Assembly: GCA_040386535.1 (NCBI GenBank)
Contig: JAZKFH010000039.1
Coordinates: 1-64,000, forward strand
DNA from: Myxococcota bacterium
GTDB taxonomy: Bacteria; Myxococcota_A; UBA796; SXON01
Length of the DNA: 64,000 nucleotides
Direction of reading: 5' to 3'
Under the pieces are notes generated by a model, which worked only from the letters and a program-made list of their open reading frames with translations, had not been told where the DNA came from and did no database searches. The first letter of the stretch is position 1, and the number at the start of each line of letters is the position of its first letter. Position numbers and translations under genes: made by a program. Below are positions 1-9,615 of the stretch, in pieces.

Positions 1-129
1 CTCCCTCCTCGCTCCTTGCGGCCGCGGCCCAGGGTCGCCCTCGGTGCTGGACATTCCGGGCGGACCCTTAGTGACGCCACGCCGACGTTTCGGGGCCCCC
101 GCCTTTGGAGAACTGGCCAACGTTCCGCT

Positions 130-154
130 CAGTTTCGGCGAAGAGCCGAAACTG
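130..154. other. Perfect 10-bp hairpin in the intergenic leader
   Basis: CAGTTTCGGC (130-139), loop GAAGA, GCCGAAACTG (145-154). Confidence 0.6.
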
Positions 155-533
155 GCAAGGTGACCCGCTCGGGAACGCGCGGGAGGCCGCCTCGCACGTC
201 TCCAATCCTCTTCGCGTCCCACGACCGGCCGCCGCCCCTCCGCGCCCGACCCGCGCCGCCGGCCCCGCGCGCACCCGCTCACCGCGCGCGCATCCCCGCA
301 CCGCGCGCGCGCATCGAGCCCCCGGCTGGCGCCCGCCCGTCGATCCGCTTGCCATGCGGCTTTCCTGACGGTCGCCACCTCCCCGAACGTGGCACGCGGC
401 GTGCATTTGCTCCGGGCATGCTCACCCGCTCCCTGCTTCGCCTCCACCAGCGCTCCACCACCACCACCGCGTTCCTCCTCCTGCTCTGCGCCCGTGCCCT
501 TCATGGGCGCGACCCCGAGAGTGGGGTGCGCCG

Positions 534-2306
534 ATGAGCCGCCGTGTCGCCGTGCTCGGCGCCGGTGTCGCCGGGTTGACCGCCGCCCACGAGCTCGTCG
601 AGCGCGGGTTCGAGGTGACCGTGTACGAGGCGCGCCCCGGCCCGGGAGGGAAGGCGCGGAGCATCAATGTGGCCTCCGGCACCGGCCAGCTTCACCCGGC
701 CGCGGGCGCGGGCCCGACGCTCCCCGGCGAGCATGGGTTCCGCTTCATCCCCGGCTTCTACCGGCACGTTCCGGACACCATGGCCCGCATTCCGTTCGCG
801 GGCAACCGCCGCGGCGTGCTCGACAACCTGGTGCTCACCCGCGAGATCCACATCGCCCCCAACGGCGCGCCCGCCACCCGCATCCTGGCGGGCTTCCCGA
901 CAGGCCTGCGCGAGATGCTCCAGAGCGCGCGGACCGTGCCCGATCTGCTCGGCCTCGACGTGCCCGCCAACGAGTGGCTCTACTTCGCCGACCGCCTGTT
1001 CCAGCTCCTCACGAGCTGCCCCGAGCGGCGCCTCGCCGAGTACGAGGGCATCCCGTGGTGGGACTTCGTCAACGCCGACAAGATGTCCCCGGCGTATCAG
1101 CGCTACCTGTGCGTCGGCCTCACACGCACGTTGGTCGCCATGCGCGCGGAGACCGCGAGCACGCGCACCATCGGGAACACCTTCCTTCAGTTGGTGCTCC
1201 ACGGCCTGGACGCCGAGGGCAACCTCGACCGCGTCCTCAACGGCCCCACCAACGAGGTCTGGATCGATCCGTGGGTGACACACCTGCGCTCGCTGGGCGT
1301 GCGCTTCGTCTACGACGCACGCGTGACGCGGATTGCCTGTGAGGGCCAGCGCATCACGTCCGTCGCGGCGGACATCGGCGGCGCGCCGGCCGTCCTCGAC
1401 GCTGATTGGTACCTGTGCGCGCTGCCGTTGGAGGGGCTGCTCCCCCTTCTGAACGCCCCGCTCGTCCGCGCCGCGCCCGCGCTCGGCCACCTCGACAAGC
1501 TGCACGTGAGCTGGATGAACGGCATTCAGATCTACCTGCGCGAGGACGTGCCGCTCGCGCGCGGACACTCCAATCTCGTCGACAGCCCGTGGGCCCTCAC
1601 CGCGATCTCCCAGGCCCAATTCTGGCGGCGCCGCCCCGAACGTTACGGCACCGGCGAGGCCCGTGGCATCCTCTCCATCGACATCTCGAATTGGGACGCG
1701 CCCGGCATGCTCACCGGCCGGCCCGCGCGGGAGCTCGACAGCGCGGAGCAGATCTTCGACGAGGTGCTCGCACAGATGCGCGCCGCCGTGGGCGATCTCC
1801 CAGGCCTCCGCCCCGAGAACATCGTCGGCTGGTTCCTCGACCCCGCCATCCAGGTGCGCGGCGGCCCCGGCGCCAACGGCCCCGCCCGCCTGCGCGGCCA
1901 CGGGGGCAGCGCGGTGAGCAACCTCGAGCCCCTCCTCATCAACACCGTGGACTCCTGGCGCCACCGTCCCGAGGCCGTCACCCCCATCGAGAACCTGTTC
2001 CTCGCCGGTGACTACGTCCGCACCTTCACCGATCTCGCCACGATGGAGGGCGCCAACGAGTCGGCCCGCCGCGCCACCAACGGCCTGCTCGCTGCCGCCG
2101 GGGTCGCCGCGCCGCGGTGCGCCGTCTGGCCCCTCGAAGAGCCCCGCGTCTTCGCCCCGTTCCAGGCCCTCGACGCGCGACGTTTCCGCGCAGGCCAACC
2201 CTGGCGCCACCCCCTCGCGTTGCGCGGCCGCGCGGCGGGCCCGACAGCCGAGGGTCGAAGCGCGGGGACCTCGGCGGACGGGCGAGGGGTGGCCCCGGGG
2301 GTGTAG
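534..2306 (+). CDS. FAD-dependent oxidoreductase, carotene desaturase/amine oxidase superfamily (COG3349-like)
   Basis: N-terminal VAVLGAGVAGL...VYE...GGKA Rossmann motif, GEHGFRF motif, C-terminal NLFLAGDY...ATMEGA. Confidence 0.8.
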   Translation: MSRRVAVLGAGVAGLTAAHELVERGFEVTVYEARPGPGGKARSINVASGTGQLHPAAGAGPTLPGEHGFRFIPGFYRHVPDTMARIPFAGNRRGVLDNLVLTREIHIAPNGAPATRILAGFPTGLREMLQSARTVPDLLGLDVPANEWLYFADRLFQLLTSCPERRLAEYEGIPWWDFVNADKMSPAYQRYLCVGLTRTLVAMRAETASTRTIGNTFLQLVLHGLDAEGNLDRVLNGPTNEVWIDPWVTHLRSLGVRFVYDARVTRIACEGQRITSVAADIGGAPAVLDADWYLCALPLEGLLPLLNAPLVRAAPALGHLDKLHVSWMNGIQIYLREDVPLARGHSNLVDSPWALTAISQAQFWRRRPERYGTGEARGILSIDISNWDAPGMLTGRPARELDSAEQIFDEVLAQMRAAVGDLPGLRPENIVGWFLDPAIQVRGGPGANGPARLRGHGGSAVSNLEPLLINTVDSWRHRPEAVTPIENLFLAGDYVRTFTDLATMEGANESARRATNGLLAAAGVAAPRCAVWPLEEPRVFAPFQALDARRFRAGQPWRHPLALRGRAAGPTAEGRSAGTSADGRGVAPGV

Positions 2307-2363
2307 GCGTCGCCTGGGTGGCGTGCTTGCCACGTGGCCAGGCGCCCTTGCGTGCTCCTCGAG

Positions 2364-2786
2364 TCACCGCCCCCCACTCCGGAGCTCGACCGCCGGGTCG
2401 TGCGGCGCAACGAACACGACAACCTCACGATGGTAGCTTCGGCCGTCGTCCATCGTCGCCGCGGCCCTGAACCGGACGTCGTACCCGTACCTCGACACGC
2501 CCCCGCCGAACTGCCGTGTGGGCACCACTTCCTCCACGGTGAGCATGGCCGCGACGACACACAGTTGGGAGTAGCCCGCCTTCAGGAGCTGGTCTCGGAA
2601 CTTCGCCCGGGCGAGTGTCACGGCGGTGGACTCGGGCGTCGGCTCGCCGGAGAGCGGCTCATCGCTCAGCAGGTCGATTTGGAGCGTCATCCCGGGCGCG
2701 ACCAGGAACCCGAGAAGCCAGTAACCCTCGTACTCGGAGTAGCGGCTGACGAAGGTCCCCAGGAGGCCGTACAGGATGCACTTCAT
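2364..2786 (-). CDS. Hypothetical protein
   Basis: Protein-like composition from MKCILYG onward; start is inferred. Confidence 0.55.
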   Translation of the reverse strand: MKCILYGLLGTFVSRYSEYEGYWLLGFLVAPGMTLQIDLLSDEPLSGEPTPESTAVTLARAKFRDQLLKAGYSQLCVVAAMLTVEEVVPTRQFGGGVSRYGYDVRFRAAATMDDGRSYHREVVVFVAPHDPAVELRSGGR

Positions 2787-2823
2787 CGAGCGCCGTCTCG
2801 GCCCCGAAGGTTGGCCGCCGGCC

Positions 2824-3027
2824 CTACGAACGCTCACTTGCGGCCTTCAGAAACGCCGAGACCGACCCGTCCCAGCCGCACCGGGTGCAGCGGCCATCCG
2901 CGAACGTGTGCGGGCAGGGCGGGTAGCCGTAGAGTTGGTGGGCGCATTCCGGGCACTCCGAGGCCATGGCCGAGGTCGCAGCGATGTAGGCGCTCCCGCA
3001 CTCGTCGCAGGTCCTCTGATCGAGCAT
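2824..3027 (-). CDS. Small zinc-ribbon-like protein (67 aa)
   Basis: MLDQRTCDEC...CPEC...CPH...CTRC: three CxxC plus CxH. Confidence 0.65.
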   Translation of the reverse strand: MLDQRTCDECGSAYIAATSAMASECPECAHQLYGYPPCPHTFADGRCTRCGWDGSVSAFLKAASERS

Positions 3028-3106
3028 GGGTAAGGCGTAGCGCGGTGGAGCCTTCGAGTCGACGGCGCCCCGGTTGTGTGGGCGGAGCCGCCCCGATCGC
3101 CAACCG

Positions 3107-3472
3107 TCAAACCCACCCCCAGAACATCCGCAACCGCCGAAAGACCGTGTTCCCCGCAGGGTCGTAGCGCCACGCCGTGCCCTGCCGCCGCTCGTACCGC
3201 GTTCCACACGATTGGCAGCAGAGGTGGGACTCTGAGCCGACCTTCTCGTAGGACATAGGCCCGCCGCAACTGCACGGCGGGCCCGCGTCACCGCCAGGGT
3301 ATAGCCAACGCCTCACCGCGTGGGAGGCGACAAGGAGGCCGGGCAGAACGAGCGTGAAGACCCCGAACGCGGGCAGGGCCCACACCCACCCGAATTCGCC
3401 GGAGATCCAGGCCGAGGCTGTCGAGCCGAGGCACAGGCTCGCGAAGATGAACAGCGCCTCGAACAGGTTCAC
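3107..3472 (-). CDS. Small membrane protein with a C-terminal Cys cluster
   Basis: Two hydrophobic segments then CSC...CCQSC; GGAGG before the GTG start. Confidence 0.6.
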   Translation of the reverse strand: MNLFEALFIFASLCLGSTASAWISGEFGWVWALPAFGVFTLVLPGLLVASHAVRRWLYPGGDAGPPCSCGGPMSYEKVGSESHLCCQSCGTRYERRQGTAWRYDPAGNTVFRRLRMFWGWV

Positions 3473-3574
3473 GCGACCTCCGCCCCCAACCTGCCATCCC
3501 AGCCCCGGCGGTGGCGGTCAGGACTTGTAGCGATCCGGTTTGGCCGTCGGCGCCCCGACAAACCCCGGCAGACC

Positions 3575-3616
3575 CGCCGAACTCACAGGATGAGCCTCCA
3601 TCCTCCGAGTTCGGCG
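3575..3616. repeat. Bulged inverted repeat flanked by a 10-bp direct repeat
   Basis: CGCCGAACTC/GAGTTCGGCG outer stem, AGGATG/CATCCT inner stem; GCCCCCAACC at 3482-3491 and 3635-3644. Confidence 0.6.
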
Positions 3617-3649
3617 CGCCCGACGCCCGGAGAGGCCCCCAACCAAGCC

Positions 3650-4696
3650 CTACCCACACCCCCCGGCATCACACGAAACCGTCGTGTCCGGCCCCAAGTC
3701 CTCGCGCAGGCACGCACCGTCGCCTGTCACCGCGCAGCCGACGTTGTCCTCGACGTCCACGCCCACGAGCTCGATCTCGCCGCCCTCGAAGATCGCGATC
3801 GCGCCATCCAGGCCCTCGTTGCCGCGGAGGGCGCCGCCGGTCATCGTCACGTGGCCGTGGGAGGTGAGGACGCCGCGCCAATCCGTCTGGTTGGCGAGGA
3901 ATTCGACGTCTGTGAGCGTGAGCGCGTCGTGCGCGGTGAGGATGGGGCCGTTGGTGACGTTGTCGGTGAAGGTGACCGAGTTCACACGCACATCGCCCCA
4001 GGTCTCGATCAGGTCGAAGCCCTGCTCGTCGATGGTGCGGGTGTTCTCGGACACGCGGCCGCCGGTCCACGCGACGTTGCCGTAGATCTCGCCCACGTTG
4101 CCCCCGTCGGAGCGGGTCCGCTCGAGCACGAGGTCGGCGAGGGTGCCGTCGCCGCGCAGCTCGAAGCCGGCGCCGTAGTCGAACACGTTGTCGGCCAGCG
4201 TGAGGCCGCGGATGTCGAGGGCGGGCGAGATCAGGCGGAGGGCGCGCATGTCCCCGGAGTAGTGGCTCACGCGCACGTCGGACACAGCGACGGCGCTCCC
4301 TTCGAGCGTCACGGCCGCGTTCCAGAAGGTCACGCCGGACCAGGACTGCGCGGCCTCGAAGGTGTCGATGCCCAGGTCGTGGCAGTAGTTGCCCGGGCCC
4401 ACGCCGCCCGCCCCCACGAGCGTCGTCTTGTCGGCGCCCGCGCCCACCACGGTCAGGGTCCGCCCGCGCATGTCGAGACTGTCGCCCGAGCAGCGCATCG
4501 TGTCTTCGAGGAGCCACGTGCCGGCGCCGATGCAGATGGTGTCGACCTCGGCGGCGCCATCGAGCGCGGTGCCCAGCGTAGGATAGGCGGCGCCGGTCGA
4601 CGCGACGCGGATCTCGCCGGCGGCGCACGCCAGGGACTCGACGGTCTCGACGGGGGGCTTGGTGTCGACGCAGGCGAAGAGGGCGAGCAGGAGCAT
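3650..4696 (-). CDS. Lipoprotein with probable right-handed parallel beta-helix (pectin lyase-like) repeats
   Basis: MLLLALFAC lipobox, YPTLGTALD...TICIGAGTW cap, recurring xTFxDN/FxxN units. Confidence 0.7.
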   Translation of the reverse strand: MLLLALFACVDTKPPVETVESLACAAGEIRVASTGAAYPTLGTALDGAAEVDTICIGAGTWLLEDTMRCSGDSLDMRGRTLTVVGAGADKTTLVGAGGVGPGNYCHDLGIDTFEAAQSWSGVTFWNAAVTLEGSAVAVSDVRVSHYSGDMRALRLISPALDIRGLTLADNVFDYGAGFELRGDGTLADLVLERTRSDGGNVGEIYGNVAWTGGRVSENTRTIDEQGFDLIETWGDVRVNSVTFTDNVTNGPILTAHDALTLTDVEFLANQTDWRGVLTSHGHVTMTGGALRGNEGLDGAIAIFEGGEIELVGVDVEDNVGCAVTGDGACLREDLGPDTTVSCDAGGCG

Positions 4697-5053
4697 GGGG
4701 TGACCTCGTTGTCGGCTACGCGCGGCGCCGCGCGTTCATTCGATACGTTCGAGAGGTTTTCGTTCCCTGAGGCCTACGATCCGCACGGCACCGTCGTCAG
4801 CGCTGGGGGCTCCGGCGCGAGGCGCCTGGAGGGCGGCCGGGCTCGGCCCGGCCGGTCCCGCCCGTGCGCCGTCCTCGGCGCGCGGGCGGACGGAGGCCCT
4901 CGGGCCGACCCCGGAAGGGGCCGACCGTGGCGTCCTCGCCGCGGACGCGCCCAGGCGTCGAGCAGGACGTAACCGAGTAGACACCAGCAAACGCCACCTC
5001 TTCCGTGTCGCCGCGCGGACTCCGTTAGACTCCCGCGGTCCGGAGCCCTTCCC

Positions 5054-7978
5054 TTGCGCATCCTCGAACAACGCGTCTACGCCGGCCCCAACCTCTACGC
5101 GAACTTCAAGGTCATCCGGATGACCCTGGACCTGGGGCCGCTCGAGGAGCACCCGAGCGCGACGATCCCGGGCTTCGTGGACGGGCTGCTGGCGCACGTG
5201 CCGAGCCTCGGGGAGCACGGCTGCTCGTACGGCGCGGCGGGGGGCTTCGTGCGGCGGCTGCGCGAGGACGGCGGCACGTGGCTGGGACACGTGATGGAGC
5301 ATGTCGCCATCGAGCTCCAGAACCTCGCGGGGGCCAAGGTGACGTTTGGAAAGACCCGTGGCAACGGCACGCGCGGGCAGTATCACATGGTCTACGAATA
5401 CGAGGATGCGTGGGTGGGCGAGCGCGCCGGACAGATCGCGCTGCGCTTGATCCACTCGCTGGTGCCGGTGGAGCTGCGTGGCGACGTGCCGCCCGATCCG
5501 GAGTTCGTGTTCGTGACAGAGGTCGAGCGCCTGATCCGGGGCGCCGAGAAGCGCGCGTTCGGGCCGTCGACCGCGTCGCTGGTGCGCGGTGCGGAGGCGC
5601 GGGACATCCCGTGGGTGCGGCTCTCGGAGGGGTCGCTGGTCCAATTCGGGCACGGGCACCGCCAGAAGCGGATCCAAGCCACGATCACGTCGGAGACGCG
5701 GCACATCGCGGTCGAGATCGCGGGGGACAAGGAGCTGACCAACCGGATCCTCGGGGACATCGGCCTGCCGGTTCCCAAGCAGGAGCAGGTGTACGACGCG
5801 GAGGAGGCGGTCGAGGCCGCCGAGGGCCTGGGGTATCCGGTGGTGGTCAAGCCGCTCGACGCCAACCACGGGCGGGGTGTGTCGATCGGGCTCACCGACG
5901 CGGCGCAGGTGCGCGCGGCCTTCGTGGGCGCGGTGGAGCACAGTGATTGTGTGCTGGTCGAGACGTACATCCAGGGCTTCGATCATCGCATGTTGGTCAT
6001 CGACGGGGAGCTGGTGGCGGTGGCGAAGCGGGTGCCGGGCCATGTCATGGGAGACGGCACGCGGACGGTCGCCGAATTGGTCGACGCGGTGAACCGGGAC
6101 CCCCGGCGCGGCATCGGCCACGAGAAGATGTTGACCCGCATCGAGCTCGACGCCCAGGCCGATCGGCTCTTGCAGAAGGGGGGCCTCACCGTCGCGAGCG
6201 TGCTGCCGGCGGGCGAGGTGTTGTACCTGCGCTCGACCGCGAATCTCTCCACGGGTGGCACCGCGATCGACCAGACCGATGTGTGTCATCCGGACAACCG
6301 CGAGATGGCGGTGCGCGCCGCGGCGTCGGTGGGACTGGACGTGTGTGGGGTCGATTTCCTCACACCCGACATCGCGCGGAGCTGGAAGGAGGTCGGTGGT
6401 GGCATCTGCGAGGTGAACGCCGCGCCGGGCTTCCGTATGCACGTGGCGCCGAGCGAGGGCACGCCGCGTGACGTGGCGGGCAAGGTGCTCGACATGTTGT
6501 TTCCGGCGGGGGCGCCCTCGCGGATCCCCATCGCCGCGATCACGGGTACCAACGGAAAGACCACGACCACGCGCATGCTGGCACACATCCACAAGCAGGT
6601 GGGCGCGCACGTCGGCATGACGACGACCGACGGGGTGTACATCGACGGGCGGCTCACGGTGGCCGGGGACATGACGGGCCCGATCGCGGCGCGGATGGTG
6701 CTCACCGATCCACATGTGACGGTGGCCGTGTTGGAGACCGCGCGCGGCGGATTGTTGCGTGCCGGCCTTGGGTATCGGCACCCCGACGTGGCGTGTTGCC
6801 TCAACGTCACGGCGGATCACCTGGGGATGGGGGGCATCCACACGGTGGAGCAGCTCGCCGAGGTCAAGCGCATTCCGATCGAGGTGGCGCGGGACACGGT
6901 GGTGCTCAACGCCGACGATCCGTTGTGCCTGCGCATGGCGGATCGCACCGTAGCCAAGCGGATCTGCTGGGTGACGCTGCGGCCGGACAACGCCCTGGTG
7001 CGCGAGCACGTCCGCGCGGGCGGACGGGCCATGGCGCTCGAGGCGGGCATCAACGGGCAGATGATCACCCTCTACGACAAGGGCGCGCACATGCCGCTGT
7101 TGTGGACGCATCTCATCCCCGCCACGTTGGAGGGCAAGGCGCTCCACAACGTACAGAACGCCATGTTCGCGGCGGCGATGGCGTGGTCGATGGGGGTGAA
7201 GCTCGATGGCATCCGTCACGGCCTGCGCACGTTCGACACCACGTTCTTCCAGGCGCCCGGCCGCGGAAACGTGTACGAACAGTTGGGCTTCAAAGTGATC
7301 CTCGACTACGGCCACAATCCCGCCGCGGTCGACGCGATGTGTGGGCTCGTGGATCGCCTCTCTGCGGACGGTGGGCTGCGCCCCGGCGCCCAACGCGTGT
7401 GTGTGCTCTCCGCCCCCGGGGATCGCCGCGACGATGACATCCGCGCCATCGCCCGCCGCGCCGCCACCAGCTTCGACCGCTTCGTGTGCCGTCGCGACGA
7501 CGACGTGCGCGGCCGCGGGCTGGAGGAGGTGCCCCGCATGCTCGCCGCCGAGCTCGTGGCGGCGGGGGTGCCCGCGGATCGGGTGGAGATCGTGGTGGAG
7601 GAGGCCGCCGCGGTCGACCGGGGCCTGAACCTGTGTCGACCGGGCGACGTGCTCCTCGTGTTCGGGGATGCGATCAGCCGTACGTGGAAGCAGATCATCT
7701 ACTTCGGCGGCCGCAAACCTTCTGAGTCGGCCACGGCGCCGTCGGGGTTCGGCGGGGTCGGCTACACCGGGGGCAGCTACACTACCGAGACGGTCACGCC
7801 AGAAATCTCCCATACCGCGGTGCACGCCCACGATGCCCATCCCACCGCGGCGGACGAGCGCGCCGAGCACGGCGACGCTGCGGTCGTGGAGCTGGCCGCG
7901 CCCTCGGTGGACGTAGCGCCGACGTTCGTGCGGGATGCGCGAGGGGTGCGGCTCGCGGTGGACGAGGGCGGGGACTGA
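5054..7978 (+). CDS. cphA: Cyanophycin synthetase CphA1
   Basis: GPN N-terminus, HVMEH, GPST, ATP-grasp VVKPLDANHGRGV, NLSTGG, EVNAAPGFRMH, Mur-ligase ITGTNGKTTT, ETARGG, DYGHN. Confidence 0.95.
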   Translation: MRILEQRVYAGPNLYANFKVIRMTLDLGPLEEHPSATIPGFVDGLLAHVPSLGEHGCSYGAAGGFVRRLREDGGTWLGHVMEHVAIELQNLAGAKVTFGKTRGNGTRGQYHMVYEYEDAWVGERAGQIALRLIHSLVPVELRGDVPPDPEFVFVTEVERLIRGAEKRAFGPSTASLVRGAEARDIPWVRLSEGSLVQFGHGHRQKRIQATITSETRHIAVEIAGDKELTNRILGDIGLPVPKQEQVYDAEEAVEAAEGLGYPVVVKPLDANHGRGVSIGLTDAAQVRAAFVGAVEHSDCVLVETYIQGFDHRMLVIDGELVAVAKRVPGHVMGDGTRTVAELVDAVNRDPRRGIGHEKMLTRIELDAQADRLLQKGGLTVASVLPAGEVLYLRSTANLSTGGTAIDQTDVCHPDNREMAVRAAASVGLDVCGVDFLTPDIARSWKEVGGGICEVNAAPGFRMHVAPSEGTPRDVAGKVLDMLFPAGAPSRIPIAAITGTNGKTTTTRMLAHIHKQVGAHVGMTTTDGVYIDGRLTVAGDMTGPIAARMVLTDPHVTVAVLETARGGLLRAGLGYRHPDVACCLNVTADHLGMGGIHTVEQLAEVKRIPIEVARDTVVLNADDPLCLRMADRTVAKRICWVTLRPDNALVREHVRAGGRAMALEAGINGQMITLYDKGAHMPLLWTHLIPATLEGKALHNVQNAMFAAAMAWSMGVKLDGIRHGLRTFDTTFFQAPGRGNVYEQLGFKVILDYGHNPAAVDAMCGLVDRLSADGGLRPGAQRVCVLSAPGDRRDDDIRAIARRAATSFDRFVCRRDDDVRGRGLEEVPRMLAAELVAAGVPADRVEIVVEEAAAVDRGLNLCRPGDVLLVFGDAISRTWKQIIYFGGRKPSESATAPSGFGGVGYTGGSYTTETVTPEISHTAVHAHDAHPTAADERAEHGDAAVVELAAPSVDVAPTFVRDARGVRLAVDEGGD

Positions 7979-8027
7979 CAGGGGGCGGAACCGTGCCGCC
8001 GCACGGCGGGCGACATAGGCGGCGCGG

Positions 8028-8480
8028 ATGTCCCTCCGCCTGCTTCTCTTCGGGTTGATCACCTCGTTGGCGTGCGCGTCCGGCGATGGCACCTATTGGG
8101 TCGATCGGAGCGACACTGAGCTCTACAACGTGCTCGCCGAGCAGTGCGCGGCGTCGCTCGGGGACGGAAAGCCCGTGCTGATCACGTTCTCGGCGTCGTG
8201 GTGCCCGGATTGCCAGCAGCTCAATCGGCTGTCGCAGCAAGCACCGATGCGGGCGGAGTTGGCTGGGTGGCACCCCGTGGTGGTCAACGTCGGGGACTTC
8301 GATCGCCACGAGTCGCTGATGGAGGCGTTCGGTGTGCCCGCGATCCCCTACATGGCGGCGATGAAGCCGAGCGATTGCAGCGTGCCGCCCCAGCGCTGGC
8401 CCCGGCTCCGCGTCGGCAACGTGGAGCTCTCGACGGCGGACCATTTCGCCGGTTGGCTGGTGCAGGCCCGCGGCGCGTGA
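8028..8480 (+). CDS. Exported thioredoxin-family protein
   Basis: FSASWCPDC active site, cis-Pro-like AIP, N-terminal signal or lipobox. Confidence 0.8.
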   Translation: MSLRLLLFGLITSLACASGDGTYWVDRSDTELYNVLAEQCAASLGDGKPVLITFSASWCPDCQQLNRLSQQAPMRAELAGWHPVVVNVGDFDRHESLMEAFGVPAIPYMAAMKPSDCSVPPQRWPRLRVGNVELSTADHFAGWLVQARGA

Positions 8481-8484
8481 GGCG

Positions 8485-9522
8485 CTACCGCGCCAGGTCG
8501 AAGATCGCGCCCATCACCACGTCCGTGGCCGGCCAGTCCCAGCTCCCCGACAAGACCGCCACGTCGTCGTAGGCGCCGTCGCCGTCGGCGTCGATCTGGG
8601 AGGAGGTGGAGCGCGCGAGGTCGACCAGCTGCTCCTGGAGCGCCGTGTCGATGTCCTGGAACTCGTAGGCGTTGACGCCGAGGAACTTCGCGTCGACGGA
8701 GGCCATCGCGGTCACCGCGGCGGTGCGGGTCTTCGCGGCGGAGCAGCTCCCACTGGGGAAATCGTGGCTCTCGGCCTGGTCGCGGAAGGTGTTCTCGGCG
8801 AGCAGGACGACCACGCGCTTGGATCCGTCCCGGTATCCGACGCCGGGGCGAGTGCCGGTGCCAGGGGTCGTCGTGACCGCGGCGCCGGTAGCCGAGCCGC
8901 CGAAGGCGTCGGAGCCCCGCGCGTTGAAGGGGCGCACGTCGGTCGTGGAGTCGAACCGGCCGTTGCAGTCCTGATCGTAGCCGTCGCCGCTGGTGGCCTG
9001 GACCAGGGCCTCGAGGCCGCTGCCAGGGCCGTCTCCCCCCCACTCCAGGCCGAGCCGGCTCGCCGCGGAGAGGAGCCGGGCGCGGTCGGTGGTGAGCTGC
9101 TGGCCGAGCACGTAGGGGAGGCCGCCCGAGGCCGCGAACCACTCGCCGCTGACCTGGTAGTCGTCGAAGGTGGCGATGGCGACGGCGACGTCGGCGCCGC
9201 TGTCGAGCAGCGCGTTGACCAATGCGTCGGTGTGGACGGCGACATCGGCGTGGTAACAATCGTAGACGTACGCCACGTCTACGATCAGCACGACGTCGAT
9301 CTTCCCGGCGGGAACGTCGACGGGGATGTCGGTGTCCGGCGCGGTGTCGTCGGGGACGGTGGTCATGCCGCTGTCGGGGCCGGGCCCGCTGTCCGCCGTG
9401 GTGTCGGTGTCCGTGTCGGGGATGTCGGTGTCGGGGCGGCCCTTCCCACCGGGCTCGTCGGGGGTCTTGCCGAGGTCGTACTCGGAGCACGCGGCGAGCA
9501 CGAGGAATAGGAGCAGTCGCAC
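8485..9522 (-). CDS. Lipoprotein with D/T-rich linker and VWA-like domain
   Basis: LAAC lipobox; IDVVLIVD, IATFDDY, GGDGPGSGLEAL, RVVVLL motifs; GTG start inferred. Confidence 0.7.
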   Translation of the reverse strand: MRLLLFLVLAACSEYDLGKTPDEPGGKGRPDTDIPDTDTDTTADSGPGPDSGMTTVPDDTAPDTDIPVDVPAGKIDVVLIVDVAYVYDCYHADVAVHTDALVNALLDSGADVAVAIATFDDYQVSGEWFAASGGLPYVLGQQLTTDRARLLSAASRLGLEWGGDGPGSGLEALVQATSGDGYDQDCNGRFDSTTDVRPFNARGSDAFGGSATGAAVTTTPGTGTRPGVGYRDGSKRVVVLLAENTFRDQAESHDFPSGSCSAAKTRTAAVTAMASVDAKFLGVNAYEFQDIDTALQEQLVDLARSTSSQIDADGDGAYDDVAVLSGSWDWPATDVVMGAIFDLAR

Positions 9523-9615
9523 GGGGACCTGGGCTTGGCGGCGATGGTAGGCCGGCCGCCAGGGCGCGTCCAGCGCCGGGTTCCAGTTAGAGGCGGTCGG
9601 CGGGAGGGAACGACG

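Noticed and set aside
56..205. Retron msr/msd (ACCCTTAG resemblance)
   Set aside because: The match is very short and there is no reverse transcriptase in the window.
534..2306. Carotenoid or hopanoid gene cluster
   Set aside because: Single desaturase-family gene with no phytoene/squalene synthase or cyclase nearby; substrate cannot be assigned.
2364..3650. Integron cassette array
   Set aside because: No consistent RYYYAAC...GTTRRRY attC pairs between the ORFs and no integrase in the window.
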